A DNA stretch of 39,059 nucleotides from Bacillota bacterium (lineage in GTDB: Bacteria; Bacillota; Dethiobacteria; DTU022): NCBI GenBank assembly GCA_012510325.1, contig JAAZIG010000065.1:1-39059 (forward strand). The letters run 5' to 3'. A program made the translations under genes and the position numbers. How positions within the stretch are numbered: the first letter of the stretch is position 1; every line of letters begins with the position of its first letter. This document shows positions 7,805 through 16,509 of this stretch, piece after piece. The notes beneath the pieces are model-generated. The model had not been told where the DNA came from, did not search any database, and saw nothing but the letters and a program-made list of their open reading frames with translations.

Positions 7805-9619
7805 TTGAGCAGTCTTCAATGGAAGATTGTGCTGGTCTATTCGCTGCTCCTTCTCTTTGCCCTGCAGCTCATCAGCGTCTATCTGGTGCAGTCGCTGGAG
7901 CAGTACTATCTTCACAATTTCAGAACGGGGCTGGAATATCAGGCCCGGCTGCTGGCCTCTTTTGTTGAACCGCTGCTCCAGGAAGGGCCTAAATCCACGG
8001 AAGATATCGCCCATCTGGTCCGGGAGTTCAGCGGGTTGCGTGAAATAGAGATCGATGTTTTGGATTCGTACGCCCATATCGTGGGCACCTCCAAGAATCA
8101 ATCCCTCGTCGGCGGACGGCTGCTTCGAGACGAGATCAGCCGGGCCCTGGCCGGAGAGCAGAGCGAGACGGCCCGTTTTGACCCCTCGGGGAAGGAGAGA
8201 CGTTACTATCTGGCCTTTCCCCTGCGGGACGGAGAGACGGTCGGCGGGGTGCTCTATCTGAGCGGCTCCCTGAACAAGGTGGATACCGTTTTGAATCAGA
8301 TCAAGCTGATCATGCTGAGCGGCTCGGGGCTTGCTCTGGCGATCAGCTTTTTGCTGGGGGCGATTCTGGCCAAAACGATTACAACACCGCTTCAGGAGAT
8401 CACCCGGCAGGCCGGGCTGATGTCTCGCGGTGATTTTTCCCAGAAGATCGCGGTGAAGTCGGGTGATGAGATCGGCCGCCTCGGGTCGACCTTCAACCAT
8501 CTCGCCGGACGTCTGGACCGAAACATCAAAGAGATCTCTTCGGAGAAGAGTAAAATTGAAGCGATGATCAACCATATGGGCGACGGGGTGATCGCCCTTG
8601 ACGGAAAGGGGCGGCTCATTCATATCAATCCCGCTGCGCGGGAGCTGCTCAAAGATACGTTCAGGGAGCCCCTCCCCCCGGAGTGCTCCGGGTTTGCCCT
8701 GCTCAAAAAGATGATCGGAGCGGATGCCCTGCGCCTGTTCATGCGCGGCCGCCGGCCCCTCACCCTCGATCTTTCCCGGGACAACCCGGCGGTGGACCTG
8801 AGGATTACGCTGGCTCCGTTTAAGGAGGAAAAAGAGGGCCGCCTCGACGGAACGCTGGTGGTGCTCCACGATGTCACCGTCGAGAGAGAGCTGGCCCGGC
8901 AGCAGCAGGAGTTTGTTGCCGATGTGTCCCATGAGCTGCGCACTCCGCTGACAACGATCAAGAGCTATGTCGAGACGCTGCTCGACGGCGCCGCGGCGGA
9001 CCCCGCCGTCAGCGATCGTTTCCTGAATGTGCTCAGCCGGGAGACGGACCGGATGGTCGATCTGGTCAGAGATCTGCTGGATCTCTCCGGCCTCGGTTAC
9101 AGCAGGGCGGAGCTTGAGAGAACAGAGGTCGATCTGCTTCAGCTGGCTGCAGATGCCGTCGAGCAGTCGGAGCAGAAAGCCGGTCTTGCCTGCCCCAAGA
9201 TCGGGCTGAACATTTCGCCGGAGCTGCCTCCGGTGCGGGTCGATCGGGAGAAGATCATGCGCGTCTTTTTGAATCTGCTCAACAATGCGCTAAAATATAC
9301 TCCCGCCGACGGGGAGATCCGGGTTGGTGCCGCCGCCGCGGAGCCGGGCTGGCTGCAGGTTTATATTGAAGACAACGGCCCCGGGATACCCCGGGAAGAT
9401 CTGGAGAGAATATTTGAGCGTTTTTACCGGGTGGAGAAGACGCGCAGCCGCGATTACGGCGGCACCGGCCTCGGGCTTCCCATCGCCCGCCGGGTCGTCG
9501 AGGCTCACGGCGGAAGGATCGGGCTGGAGAGCACTGTCGCAGAGGGGACCAGAGCCTGGTTCACCCTGCCCGTCGCTGCTCCGGAGAAGGGTGGAGGGAG
9601 CGTTGAAGGAAAGGATTAA
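7805..9619 (+). CDS. walK: Sensor histidine kinase WalK/YycG type (2 TM, HAMP, PAS, HisKA, HATPase)
   Basis: 604 aa. HAMP GDEIGRLGSTFNHLAGRL, PAS INHMGDGVIALDGKGRLIHINPAA, H-box SHELRTPLTTIKSY, N-box LLNNALKYT, G-boxes DNGPGI and GGTGLGLPIA. TTG start 4 nt after the walR stop. Confidence 0.9.
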   Translation: MSSLQWKIVLVYSLLLLFALQLISVYLVQSLEQYYLHNFRTGLEYQARLLASFVEPLLQEGPKSTEDIAHLVREFSGLREIEIDVLDSYAHIVGTSKNQSLVGGRLLRDEISRALAGEQSETARFDPSGKERRYYLAFPLRDGETVGGVLYLSGSLNKVDTVLNQIKLIMLSGSGLALAISFLLGAILAKTITTPLQEITRQAGLMSRGDFSQKIAVKSGDEIGRLGSTFNHLAGRLDRNIKEISSEKSKIEAMINHMGDGVIALDGKGRLIHINPAARELLKDTFREPLPPECSGFALLKKMIGADALRLFMRGRRPLTLDLSRDNPAVDLRITLAPFKEEKEGRLDGTLVVLHDVTVERELARQQQEFVADVSHELRTPLTTIKSYVETLLDGAAADPAVSDRFLNVLSRETDRMVDLVRDLLDLSGLGYSRAELERTEVDLLQLAADAVEQSEQKAGLACPKIGLNISPELPPVRVDREKIMRVFLNLLNNALKYTPADGEIRVGAAAAEPGWLQVYIEDNGPGIPREDLERIFERFYRVEKTRSRDYGGTGLGLPIARRVVEAHGGRIGLESTVAEGTRAWFTLPVAAPEKGGGSVEGKD

Positions 9620-10919
9620 AAGTGCACTGCTTTTATTATTGGTGCTCTGCAGTCTTTTTCTGACTCAGCAGCTGTGGTTTGGACGCCGTCCGGCAGAGAT
9701 GACCGTGGAGAATGGTTATGAGCCGGTTTATTTTGAAGAGCCCCGGCCGCTTTCACAGATGATCGTTCCTGAAGCGATCACTCTGTACAGCCGCGGGCAG
9801 TGTCACCGGCTCCGCCCGGGAGAAACGGATTTTAACCTTTTCTGGGAGAAATCTTCAACCATGTTGCAGGAGCTGGCCGAACCGGGGTATTATTACTATG
9901 CCGAGCCGCCCCCTCCGGAGGCGGAGCGCTGCTTCTCGCTGCAGTTTGAACCGTCCCTCCCGCTGGGGCCCGAGAGCATCTGGCTCAAGGGCCGGAGCAG
10001 CGGAGCGCTGGCGGAACTGGAGATCCGGCGGCTGGAGGACCGCTGCTGGGCGATCTTGAAAGAGAGCGCCGGCGACGCCTCCTTGCTGCTGCTGCCGCCC
10101 GGTTGGAGCACCGAGCTGGCGGCGCTTTACGATCGCTTCGCCCCCGCCCCGGAGCAGCTCTGCGAGGAGCTGCCGGAAGGAGAGCTGAGCCTCTCCCGGG
10201 GGCTTGCGGTTAACCTGGACGCTCCCCTGCTCGTGCCGGTGGGGGTTTCGTCTTTGAAGCGGTTCTCCCTGAAACCGGAACGGCTGGACCGCGAGCTGCT
10301 CCTGAAAACCTTCTTCATCAATCGCAACCTCGTTCGCGAAATCGAGGAGAAGGACGGCGGGTTCATCTATACTGACGGCGAGCAGGGGCTGCGCCTGGGA
10401 AGAGGGCTGGACTACTCGCATCCCCGCCTCGAGAAGACGGCGGGGTTGGACTACACCGCGGCTCTGTTGACCGCGGGAAAGCTGATCAGTTATCACGGCG
10501 GCTGGGTGAAAAATCTGCGCCTGCAAATGCTGGCCGGGGGGGACGAGGAGAAGGAGGGGTCCGGGAGAGCCTGCCGGGCACAGTGGCGCAGTCTCCTTGA
10601 CGGTTACCCGCTTTTGGGAGACAGCGGTGTGCTGATCTATTATCATCACGGGGGCCTGCTCAGCTATCGCCGCAATCTCTATGAGCCCTTGGAGCAGCCC
10701 GGAGACGGGGTGGCAGTGGCGGAATTTAGAAAAGTATTGGAGAAGGCGGTGACGCTGCTGGAGGAAGAGGGCGCCGCCGGGCCGCTCCTGGAGAGGATGG
10801 AGCTGGCCTATTATCTTGAAGGGGAAGAGGCGGTTCCCGTCTGGCAGATTCACCTGAACGGGCGGGAGCTGCTGCTGAAGACTGACGAACTGGTACCGCC
10901 GGAGGGATGGGAACCGTGA
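9603..10919 (+). CDS. yycH: YycH-like two-component regulatory protein (periplasmic, N-terminal anchor)
   Basis: The ORF track opens at 9324 inside walK. TTG 9603 is preceded by GGAGG (9593-9597) and gives (M)KERIKSALLLLLVLCSLFLTQQLW, which resembles the B. subtilis YycH N-terminus. About 438 aa, located directly after walK. GTG 9591 is an alternative start. Confidence 0.7.
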   Translation: MKERIKSALLLLLVLCSLFLTQQLWFGRRPAEMTVENGYEPVYFEEPRPLSQMIVPEAITLYSRGQCHRLRPGETDFNLFWEKSSTMLQELAEPGYYYYAEPPPPEAERCFSLQFEPSLPLGPESIWLKGRSSGALAELEIRRLEDRCWAILKESAGDASLLLLPPGWSTELAALYDRFAPAPEQLCEELPEGELSLSRGLAVNLDAPLLVPVGVSSLKRFSLKPERLDRELLLKTFFINRNLVREIEEKDGGFIYTDGEQGLRLGRGLDYSHPRLEKTAGLDYTAALLTAGKLISYHGGWVKNLRLQMLAGGDEEKEGSGRACRAQWRSLLDGYPLLGDSGVLIYYHHGGLLSYRRNLYEPLEQPGDGVAVAEFRKVLEKAVTLLEEEGAAGPLLERMELAYYLEGEEAVPVWQIHLNGRELLLKTDELVPPEGWEP

Positions 10920-11779
10920 ATTTAGGCCGGGCCAAAACAATTTTAATCTATGCTTTTCTCGGGCTGAATCTCTTTCTCTGCTATCATCTGTTCGGCGGGG
11001 CCCTGCGGGAATCGGCCCGCTTGTGGGTTACGGGCAAAGAGTGGCGCCATATCGAGGAACAGCTTGCCGAAAGCGGCTATCTCCTGGAGACCAGGGTGGA
11101 CCGCGCCGCCCGGAAAAGTGCCTTTTTGACGGTATCGCCCTCGGCGGTGCTGGAAAAGAAAGCGCTGGAACTTTACGGCGCAGCGGTGCCCCCTCCGCAG
11201 GGCTCCGGCGCACCGCTGCTTTACGAAGGCGAAGGGGTTCGTTTGTGTTACTTTCCGGGAGGGCCGCTGCAATTGGAGCTGCTCCCGGGTGTTGCCCTGG
11301 CCGGGGAGGCCGCCGATGAAGCGGGGACTGCGGCGCTGCTGGAACGCTATCTGCAGGAGCAGGGCTTTGCTCCGGCCGGGCTCTGCTATGATCGCCTGAC
11401 GCGCTCGGGCGGCAAGACGGTGTTCCACTATCTGCAGAAGGACGAGGGCAGGCTTCTCTTTAGCGGCTATCTGAACGCAGCTGTGGAGGGGGGTGCCCTT
11501 GTGGAACTGGAAGCGTACCTCCTCGAACCGGAAACCCCTCTTCAGGAGCGGGAAATGGAGGTGATCACGGCTGCGCGAGCTCTTGTGAGGCTCGTCGAAC
11601 TGCTGGGGCCGGCCTCTCCCCCACGGCGCATCGTGAAGGCCGATCTCGGATTTTACAGCCGTAAGTACGATGCGGAGAGGTGGGAGATGCCTCCGGTGTG
11701 GCGGTTTCTGTTTGATGACGGGGAGAGCTGTTTCATCAATGCTTTCACCGGCAACCTGGAACCGGAAACTTCTAACTGA
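10907..11779 (+). CDS. yycI: YycI-like two-component regulatory protein
   Basis: N-terminus NLGRAKTILIYAFLGLNLFLCYHLF matches the YycI anchor pattern. Follows yycH. GTG 10916 is a likely true start: it makes a GTGA overlap with the yycH stop and has GGAGGG 9 nt upstream. Confidence 0.7.
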   Translation: MGTVNLGRAKTILIYAFLGLNLFLCYHLFGGALRESARLWVTGKEWRHIEEQLAESGYLLETRVDRAARKSAFLTVSPSAVLEKKALELYGAAVPPPQGSGAPLLYEGEGVRLCYFPGGPLQLELLPGVALAGEAADEAGTAALLERYLQEQGFAPAGLCYDRLTRSGGKTVFHYLQKDEGRLLFSGYLNAAVEGGALVELEAYLLEPETPLQEREMEVITAARALVRLVELLGPASPPRRIVKADLGFYSRKYDAERWEMPPVWRFLFDDGESCFINAFTGNLEPETSN

Positions 11780-13083
11780 TGGGAGAAGATGAGGTGCAGA
11801 AATTAATAGTGCGCGGGGGAAACAGGCTGCAAGGACGGGTCAAGATAAGCGGGGCCAAGAATGCAGCCCTGGCCATCTTGCCGGCGGTCCTGTTGGCCTC
11901 GGAAAAGGTTTTGCTGAACAATGTCCCCGATATTATCGATGTGCGGACAATGCTGCGCATTGTGGAAGATATGGGGATGACCATCCGCCGCCGGGGACGC
12001 AATTCCCTGGAGTTCCACCCCTCGGGGCTGCGCGGATTTTCGCCGCCGTTTTCTCTGGTGCAAAAAATAAGGGCTTCCTCTTACCTGATGGGCAGTCTGC
12101 TGGGCCGTTTCGGCAAAGCCATGGTTCCGGTTCCCGGCGGTTGCGATCTCGGACCGCGTCCCATCGACCAGCACCTGAAGGGGTTTACCGCCCTGGGGGC
12201 CGCCTGCCGCATCGAGCACGGCGTGATCCGGCTGGCTGCCGACAAGCTGACGGGGGCGCATATCTATCTCGACGTGGTCAGCGTCGGGGCAACGGTTAAT
12301 CTGATGCTGGGGGCTGTGCTCGCCGAGGGGCGCACGGTGTTGGAAAATGTGGCCAAGGAGCCGGAGGTTGTTGATCTGGCCAATATGCTTAATGCCATGG
12401 GGGCAGTGGTGAAAGGCGCCGGAACCGATGTGATCAAGATCGACGGGGTCAGGGCCCTCGGCGGGGCGGAACATGCGATCATCCCCGACCGCATCGAGGC
12501 GGGCACCTTTATGCTCGGGGCGGCGGCGACGGGCGGTAAGGTGACAGTGGGAGAGGTGATCCCGAAACATCTGGAGGCGGTTACGGCGAAGCTGAGAGAG
12601 ATGGGCGTGGCGGTGGAGGTGGAGCCCGAGCAGATCACGGTCAGCCGGACCGGTCCGCTGCTGCCCTCCGATCTGAAAACATTTCCCTACCCCGGTTTTC
12701 CCACGGACCTGCAGCCCCTGGGGATGGTTCTGCTGACCGCAGCCCCGGGGACCAGCATCGTCACCGAAAATGTTTTTGATAACCGCTTTCGCCATGTCGA
12801 TGAGCTGGAGAAGATGGGTGCGCAGATCAAGGTTGAGGGGCGAGCGGCGGTGATCGACGGGGGGGTTCCTCTTTCCGGGGCGCCGGTATCGGCAACGGAT
12901 CTGCGGGCCGGTGCGGCGCTGCTGGTGGCCGGTTTGATTGCCCGGGGGGAGACGGTGCTCGGCGAGGTGGATCACATCTACCGGGGTTACGAAAATATTG
13001 AAAACAAGTTAACCGCACTGGGTGCTCAGATCAAGCGTCAGAACAGAGGGGGTTCTTCCGGTTTGACCGGCGATCCGGGCTGA
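11779..13083 (+). CDS. murA: UDP-N-acetylglucosamine 1-carboxyvinyltransferase (MurA paralogue 1)
   Basis: 434 aa. KLIVRGGNRLQGRVKISGAKNAALAILPA and the active-site loop PGGCDLGPRPIDQHL. ATG overlaps the yycI stop (TGATG). GTG 11794 is an alternative start. Confidence 0.92.
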   Translation: MGEDEVQKLIVRGGNRLQGRVKISGAKNAALAILPAVLLASEKVLLNNVPDIIDVRTMLRIVEDMGMTIRRRGRNSLEFHPSGLRGFSPPFSLVQKIRASSYLMGSLLGRFGKAMVPVPGGCDLGPRPIDQHLKGFTALGAACRIEHGVIRLAADKLTGAHIYLDVVSVGATVNLMLGAVLAEGRTVLENVAKEPEVVDLANMLNAMGAVVKGAGTDVIKIDGVRALGGAEHAIIPDRIEAGTFMLGAAATGGKVTVGEVIPKHLEAVTAKLREMGVAVEVEPEQITVSRTGPLLPSDLKTFPYPGFPTDLQPLGMVLLTAAPGTSIVTENVFDNRFRHVDELEKMGAQIKVEGRAAVIDGGVPLSGAPVSATDLRAGAALLVAGLIARGETVLGEVDHIYRGYENIENKLTALGAQIKRQNRGGSSGLTGDPG

Positions 13084-13084
13084 G

Positions 13085-13699
13085 ATGGAGTTCTGGCTGA
13101 TCCGCCACGGGAGCACCCGGGCAAACGAGGAGGGGAGATTCCAGGGGCGGCTCGATGTGCCGCTCAGCGAAAGGGGACGCCGTGAGGCGGCGCTGCTGGG
13201 GCGGCGGCTGGCAGGAACCGGCCCCGTCGAGCTCTTTCTCAGCAGCGATCTGCAGCGGGCCTGGGAAACGGCGTTGATTATTTCCCGGGCAATTGAACCG
13301 GTTCCCCTCAGGGAGCCCTGGCTGCGTGAATGCTCCTGGGGTTATGTGGAGGGGCTCCGGCGCAGTGAGGTCAGGGCGATCTATCCGTTTCTTTTTGCGC
13401 CCGACGGGAGCAGACTGAGAGCGCTCCGTGCGGGCGGTGAAGGAGAGAGAAAACTGCTCGCCCGGACCAGAGCCCTGCGGCGAAAGATCCGCCGCAGGCA
13501 CGGAAAGCTCCACCGCGTTCTCCTGGTCAGCCACGGCCGGCTGATCAATGCCTTTGTTGCCGGCGCTCTGGGGTGCTCTACGCGGGAAAGATGGCCCTAT
13601 GCACCTGCTCCGGCTTCCCTGTCTGTTCTCCGCCATTGCCCCGCCGCCGGTTGTTATGAGCTGGCTCTGTTTAACGATACCGCTCATCTGGAACCCTGA
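13085..13699 (+). CDS. Histidine phosphatase family protein (phosphoglycerate-mutase-like)
   Basis: 204 aa. RHG motif in WLIRHGSTRANEEGRFQG and a second catalytic His in LLVSHGRLINAF. Starts 1 nt after the murA stop. Confidence 0.8.
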   Translation: MEFWLIRHGSTRANEEGRFQGRLDVPLSERGRREAALLGRRLAGTGPVELFLSSDLQRAWETALIISRAIEPVPLREPWLRECSWGYVEGLRRSEVRAIYPFLFAPDGSRLRALRAGGEGERKLLARTRALRRKIRRRHGKLHRVLLVSHGRLINAFVAGALGCSTRERWPYAPAPASLSVLRHCPAAGCYELALFNDTAHLEP

Positions 13700-13758
13700 G
13701 CCTGCGCTTTGCACAGCGGTTTCTTTTAAAGTAAACTTTAGTCAAAGGGGACAGCACG

Positions 13759-14901
13759 ATGAATTTAGAAAATAACGGCGATTTTTCCCGGCAATACCGC
13801 CGGAGCCGCCGCACGGCTCCGGTGTGGATGCTCTTTGTCATCGGTTTTTGCGGGGTGCTGGCCGGCGCTCTTGTGACCTGTTTCCTCCTTGAAGGGATGC
13901 CTCCGTCGCCTGCGGGAGATTCCCCGCAGCCGCCGTCGGCAGCCGGTGAAGCGCCGGCGGAGCTGCCTCCGCCGCATGAGGAGGATCTCGCTGTTGTGGA
14001 GGTGGTCAGCCGGGTGATGCCGGCGGTCGTGGCGGTCAACTCTTATGTGCCCGGCTCCTATTTTGGGAGGAGCGTGCTGATGCAGAGCGGCAGCGGCTCG
14101 GGAGTGATCATCGCGGAAGACGGCTATATCATCACCAACCAGCATGTCATTGACGGTGCTGAACAGATCATTGTCCTGACCGCCGATTCGCGGAGCTTCG
14201 AGGCGACGGTGGTCGGTGAGGACCAGCTCACCGACCTGGCTCTTCTAAAAATTGAGGAGAAAGCCCTCCCCCATGCCTCCCTGGGCGACTCGGGGACGGT
14301 CCGGGCCGGTGAGACGGTGCTGGCGGCGGGGAATCCGCTCGGTTTTCTAAAACATACCGTTACCCGGGGAATCGTCAGCGCCCTGGAGCGTGAAGTGAGG
14401 GCGTCGCAGAGCCAGTATGCCTACACCTATATTCAAACCGATGCGGTGATCAACCGCGGCAACAGCGGCGGTCCGCTGGTCAACTTACGCGGCGAGGTTG
14501 TCGGGATCAATTCGGCCAAGATCAGCGAGGCGGAAGGGATCGGCCTGGCCATCCCCAGCAACACGGTGAAACGGGTGGCCGACGATCTCAGGGAGGACGG
14601 CCGGGTCCGCCGTCCCCAGATGGGGATCCTGATTCAGAATCTGTCCGCGCATACCGGTGATTCCACGGATCAGGGAGTTCATATCAGCGAGGTTAATCCG
14701 GGCAGCCCGGCGGTGGCGGGCGGCCTTCAGGTAGGAGATGTGATTGTTGCAGTGGGCTCAAGAGAGGTCCGCTATATTGCACAGCTTTTTGATGCGCTCT
14801 TAAGTTACTATCCGGGTGATACCGTAGAGTTGACCGTCATGCGGAACGGCCGCAGCCGGACTGTCACCGTTGTCCCCGGCGAAGCGGAGGCGGAGCAGTA
14901 G
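13759..14901 (+). CDS. htrA: HtrA/DegP-family membrane-anchored serine protease with PDZ domain
   Basis: 380 aa with an N-terminal TM. Catalytic triad contexts TNQHVIDGA, TDLALLKI and GNSGGPLVN. C-terminal PDZ-like stretch GVHISEVNPGSPAVAGGLQVGDVIVAVG. Confidence 0.88.
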   Translation: MNLENNGDFSRQYRRSRRTAPVWMLFVIGFCGVLAGALVTCFLLEGMPPSPAGDSPQPPSAAGEAPAELPPPHEEDLAVVEVVSRVMPAVVAVNSYVPGSYFGRSVLMQSGSGSGVIIAEDGYIITNQHVIDGAEQIIVLTADSRSFEATVVGEDQLTDLALLKIEEKALPHASLGDSGTVRAGETVLAAGNPLGFLKHTVTRGIVSALEREVRASQSQYAYTYIQTDAVINRGNSGGPLVNLRGEVVGINSAKISEAEGIGLAIPSNTVKRVADDLREDGRVRRPQMGILIQNLSAHTGDSTDQGVHISEVNPGSPAVAGGLQVGDVIVAVGSREVRYIAQLFDALLSYYPGDTVELTVMRNGRSRTVTVVPGEAEAEQ

Positions 14902-14931
14902 CCCTCCTCCGGTGAACGGAGAAGATGAAAT

Positions 14932-15852
14932 TTGCGTGTTATCGTTATTTTTATTGATGGAGTAGGCCTGGGAAAGCTTTCTCCGGAGAATCCCTTTGTT
15001 TTTGCCGAGACCCCCTTCCTGACCGCTCTTTTCCGGGGAAACCCGCTTACAGAGGAGATGAGCGGGTTTCACGATGCCAAGGTGACTCTCTGTGCTCTCG
15101 ATGCACAACTGGGGGTCTCCGGTTTGCCGCAGAGCGCCACCGGGCAGGCGGCGCTCTTTACCGGGAGCAACGCCCCCCGGCAGCTGGGTTACCACCTGAG
15201 CGGCTTTCCGAACAAGGCTCTGCGCGCTCTTTTGGCTTCCAGGGGGCTCTTCGCCTCCTTGCGCGAGCGGGGCTACCGCTGTGATTTTATCAATGCCTAC
15301 CGCCCCACCTTCTTCGAGCAGCTCAAGAAGGGGTTTGAGGAGAGCCGCTACTCCTGTTCAACCCTGATCACCTATTACGCCGGGCTTCCCTTTCATGACA
15401 TCGCTGATATCGAAGAGGGTAAAGCCATCTTTATGGATCTGACCAATGAGCTGTTAAACAGGGCCGGCTTCCACGTTCCCGAGATCACCCCGGAGGAGGC
15501 CGGCCGCAGGCTCATCGAGATCGGCGGGCGCCATGATTTTTCTCTTTTTGAATATTTCATGACCGATTATGCCGGGCACCGGGCCGACCGGGAGGAGGCG
15601 GCCCGAGTGATCGGCTGTCTCGATCGATTTATCGGGACGGCGGCGGAAAGGCTGGATCCGGAGAAGATCCTGCTCATTATCACCAGCGACCACGGCAATA
15701 TTGAGGATCTTTCACATGGCAGTCACACCCTGAACCGGGTGCCGGCGCTGCTGATCGGAGCGGAGGCGGTGCGGCGCCGCCTTGGTCCCGCGCTCCGCGA
15801 TCTCACCGACATCAAGGGAGCTGTTTGCACCGCTCTGGGGGCGGAGCCGTAG
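14932..15852 (+). CDS. Metalloenzyme-superfamily protein (phosphopentomutase / cofactor-independent PGM-like)
   Basis: 306 aa. N-terminal metal-binding VIFIDGVGLG and C-terminal ITSDHGNIED. TTG start 7 nt after GGAGAAG. Confidence 0.7.
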   Translation: MRVIVIFIDGVGLGKLSPENPFVFAETPFLTALFRGNPLTEEMSGFHDAKVTLCALDAQLGVSGLPQSATGQAALFTGSNAPRQLGYHLSGFPNKALRALLASRGLFASLRERGYRCDFINAYRPTFFEQLKKGFEESRYSCSTLITYYAGLPFHDIADIEEGKAIFMDLTNELLNRAGFHVPEITPEEAGRRLIEIGGRHDFSLFEYFMTDYAGHRADREEAARVIGCLDRFIGTAAERLDPEKILLIITSDHGNIEDLSHGSHTLNRVPALLIGAEAVRRRLGPALRDLTDIKGAVCTALGAEP

Positions 15853-15897
15853 CGGCGGGTGGAGAGCGGCGAAATCTTGGCGAAAGAAGGTGTGAGA

Positions 15898-16509
15898 ATG
15901 CAGGTGCAGACACTGGTAGTGGGTCTTATTGCCACCAACTGTTATCTGGTGGCCTGTTCCGAGACCGGAGAGGGCATTGTTATCGATCCCGGAGCCGGGG
16001 GGAAACGGATCTTGCAGCAGATCAGGCAAAGGGGGCTGAAGATAACTGAAATTGTGAACACCCATGGCCATATCGATCACACCGGAGCCAACGGCAGGCT
16101 CAAGAAAGAGCTGCAGGTGCCCCTCGCTCTCCCGGAAAAAGATCTGGCGATATACCGGAAACCGCTCCTCGGGCTGAGTTTTCTCCTCGGCAGGCCCGTC
16201 CCGCCGGACCGGCTGCTCCGGGAGGGGGAGCAGATCGCCTTCGGGAAGCAGGTGCTGACGGTGGTGGAGACCCCCGGCCATACCCGGGGCTCCATCTCGC
16301 TGTCCGGTTCCGGGGTGGTGTTCACCGGAGACGCCCTTTTCGCCGGATCTGTCGGGCGGACCGACCTGGCCGGGGGCTCGCACAGCCTGCTGATCAGGGC
16401 GATCCGGGAAAAGCTGCTGGTGTTGCCGCCCGAAACGGTGGTCTACCCCGGCCACGGCCCCGCTACCACCATCGGCGCCGAGGCGATGAACAACCCCTTT
16501 CTGCGTTAA
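15898..16509 (+). CDS. MBL-fold metallo-hydrolase (glyoxalase II-like)
   Basis: HxHxDH motif in NTHGHIDHTG; TPGHTRGS; VYPGHGP. I prefer ATG 15898 (MQVQTLVVG...) over the track start 15859 (GTG). Confidence 0.8.
   Translation: MQVQTLVVGLIATNCYLVACSETGEGIVIDPGAGGKRILQQIRQRGLKITEIVNTHGHIDHTGANGRLKKELQVPLALPEKDLAIYRKPLLGLSFLLGRPVPPDRLLREGEQIAFGKQVLTVVETPGHTRGSISLSGSGVVFTGDALFAGSVGRTDLAGGSHSLLIRAIREKLLVLPPETVVYPGHGPATTIGAEAMNNPFLR

Noticed and set aside
13085-15852. Idea that the two phosphoglycerate-mutase-like proteins (histidine phosphatase and metalloenzyme superfamily) next to murA form a PEP-supply module
   Set aside because: This is pure speculation from family names. Both superfamilies are functionally very broad, and nothing in the sequence ties them to glycolytic intermediates.
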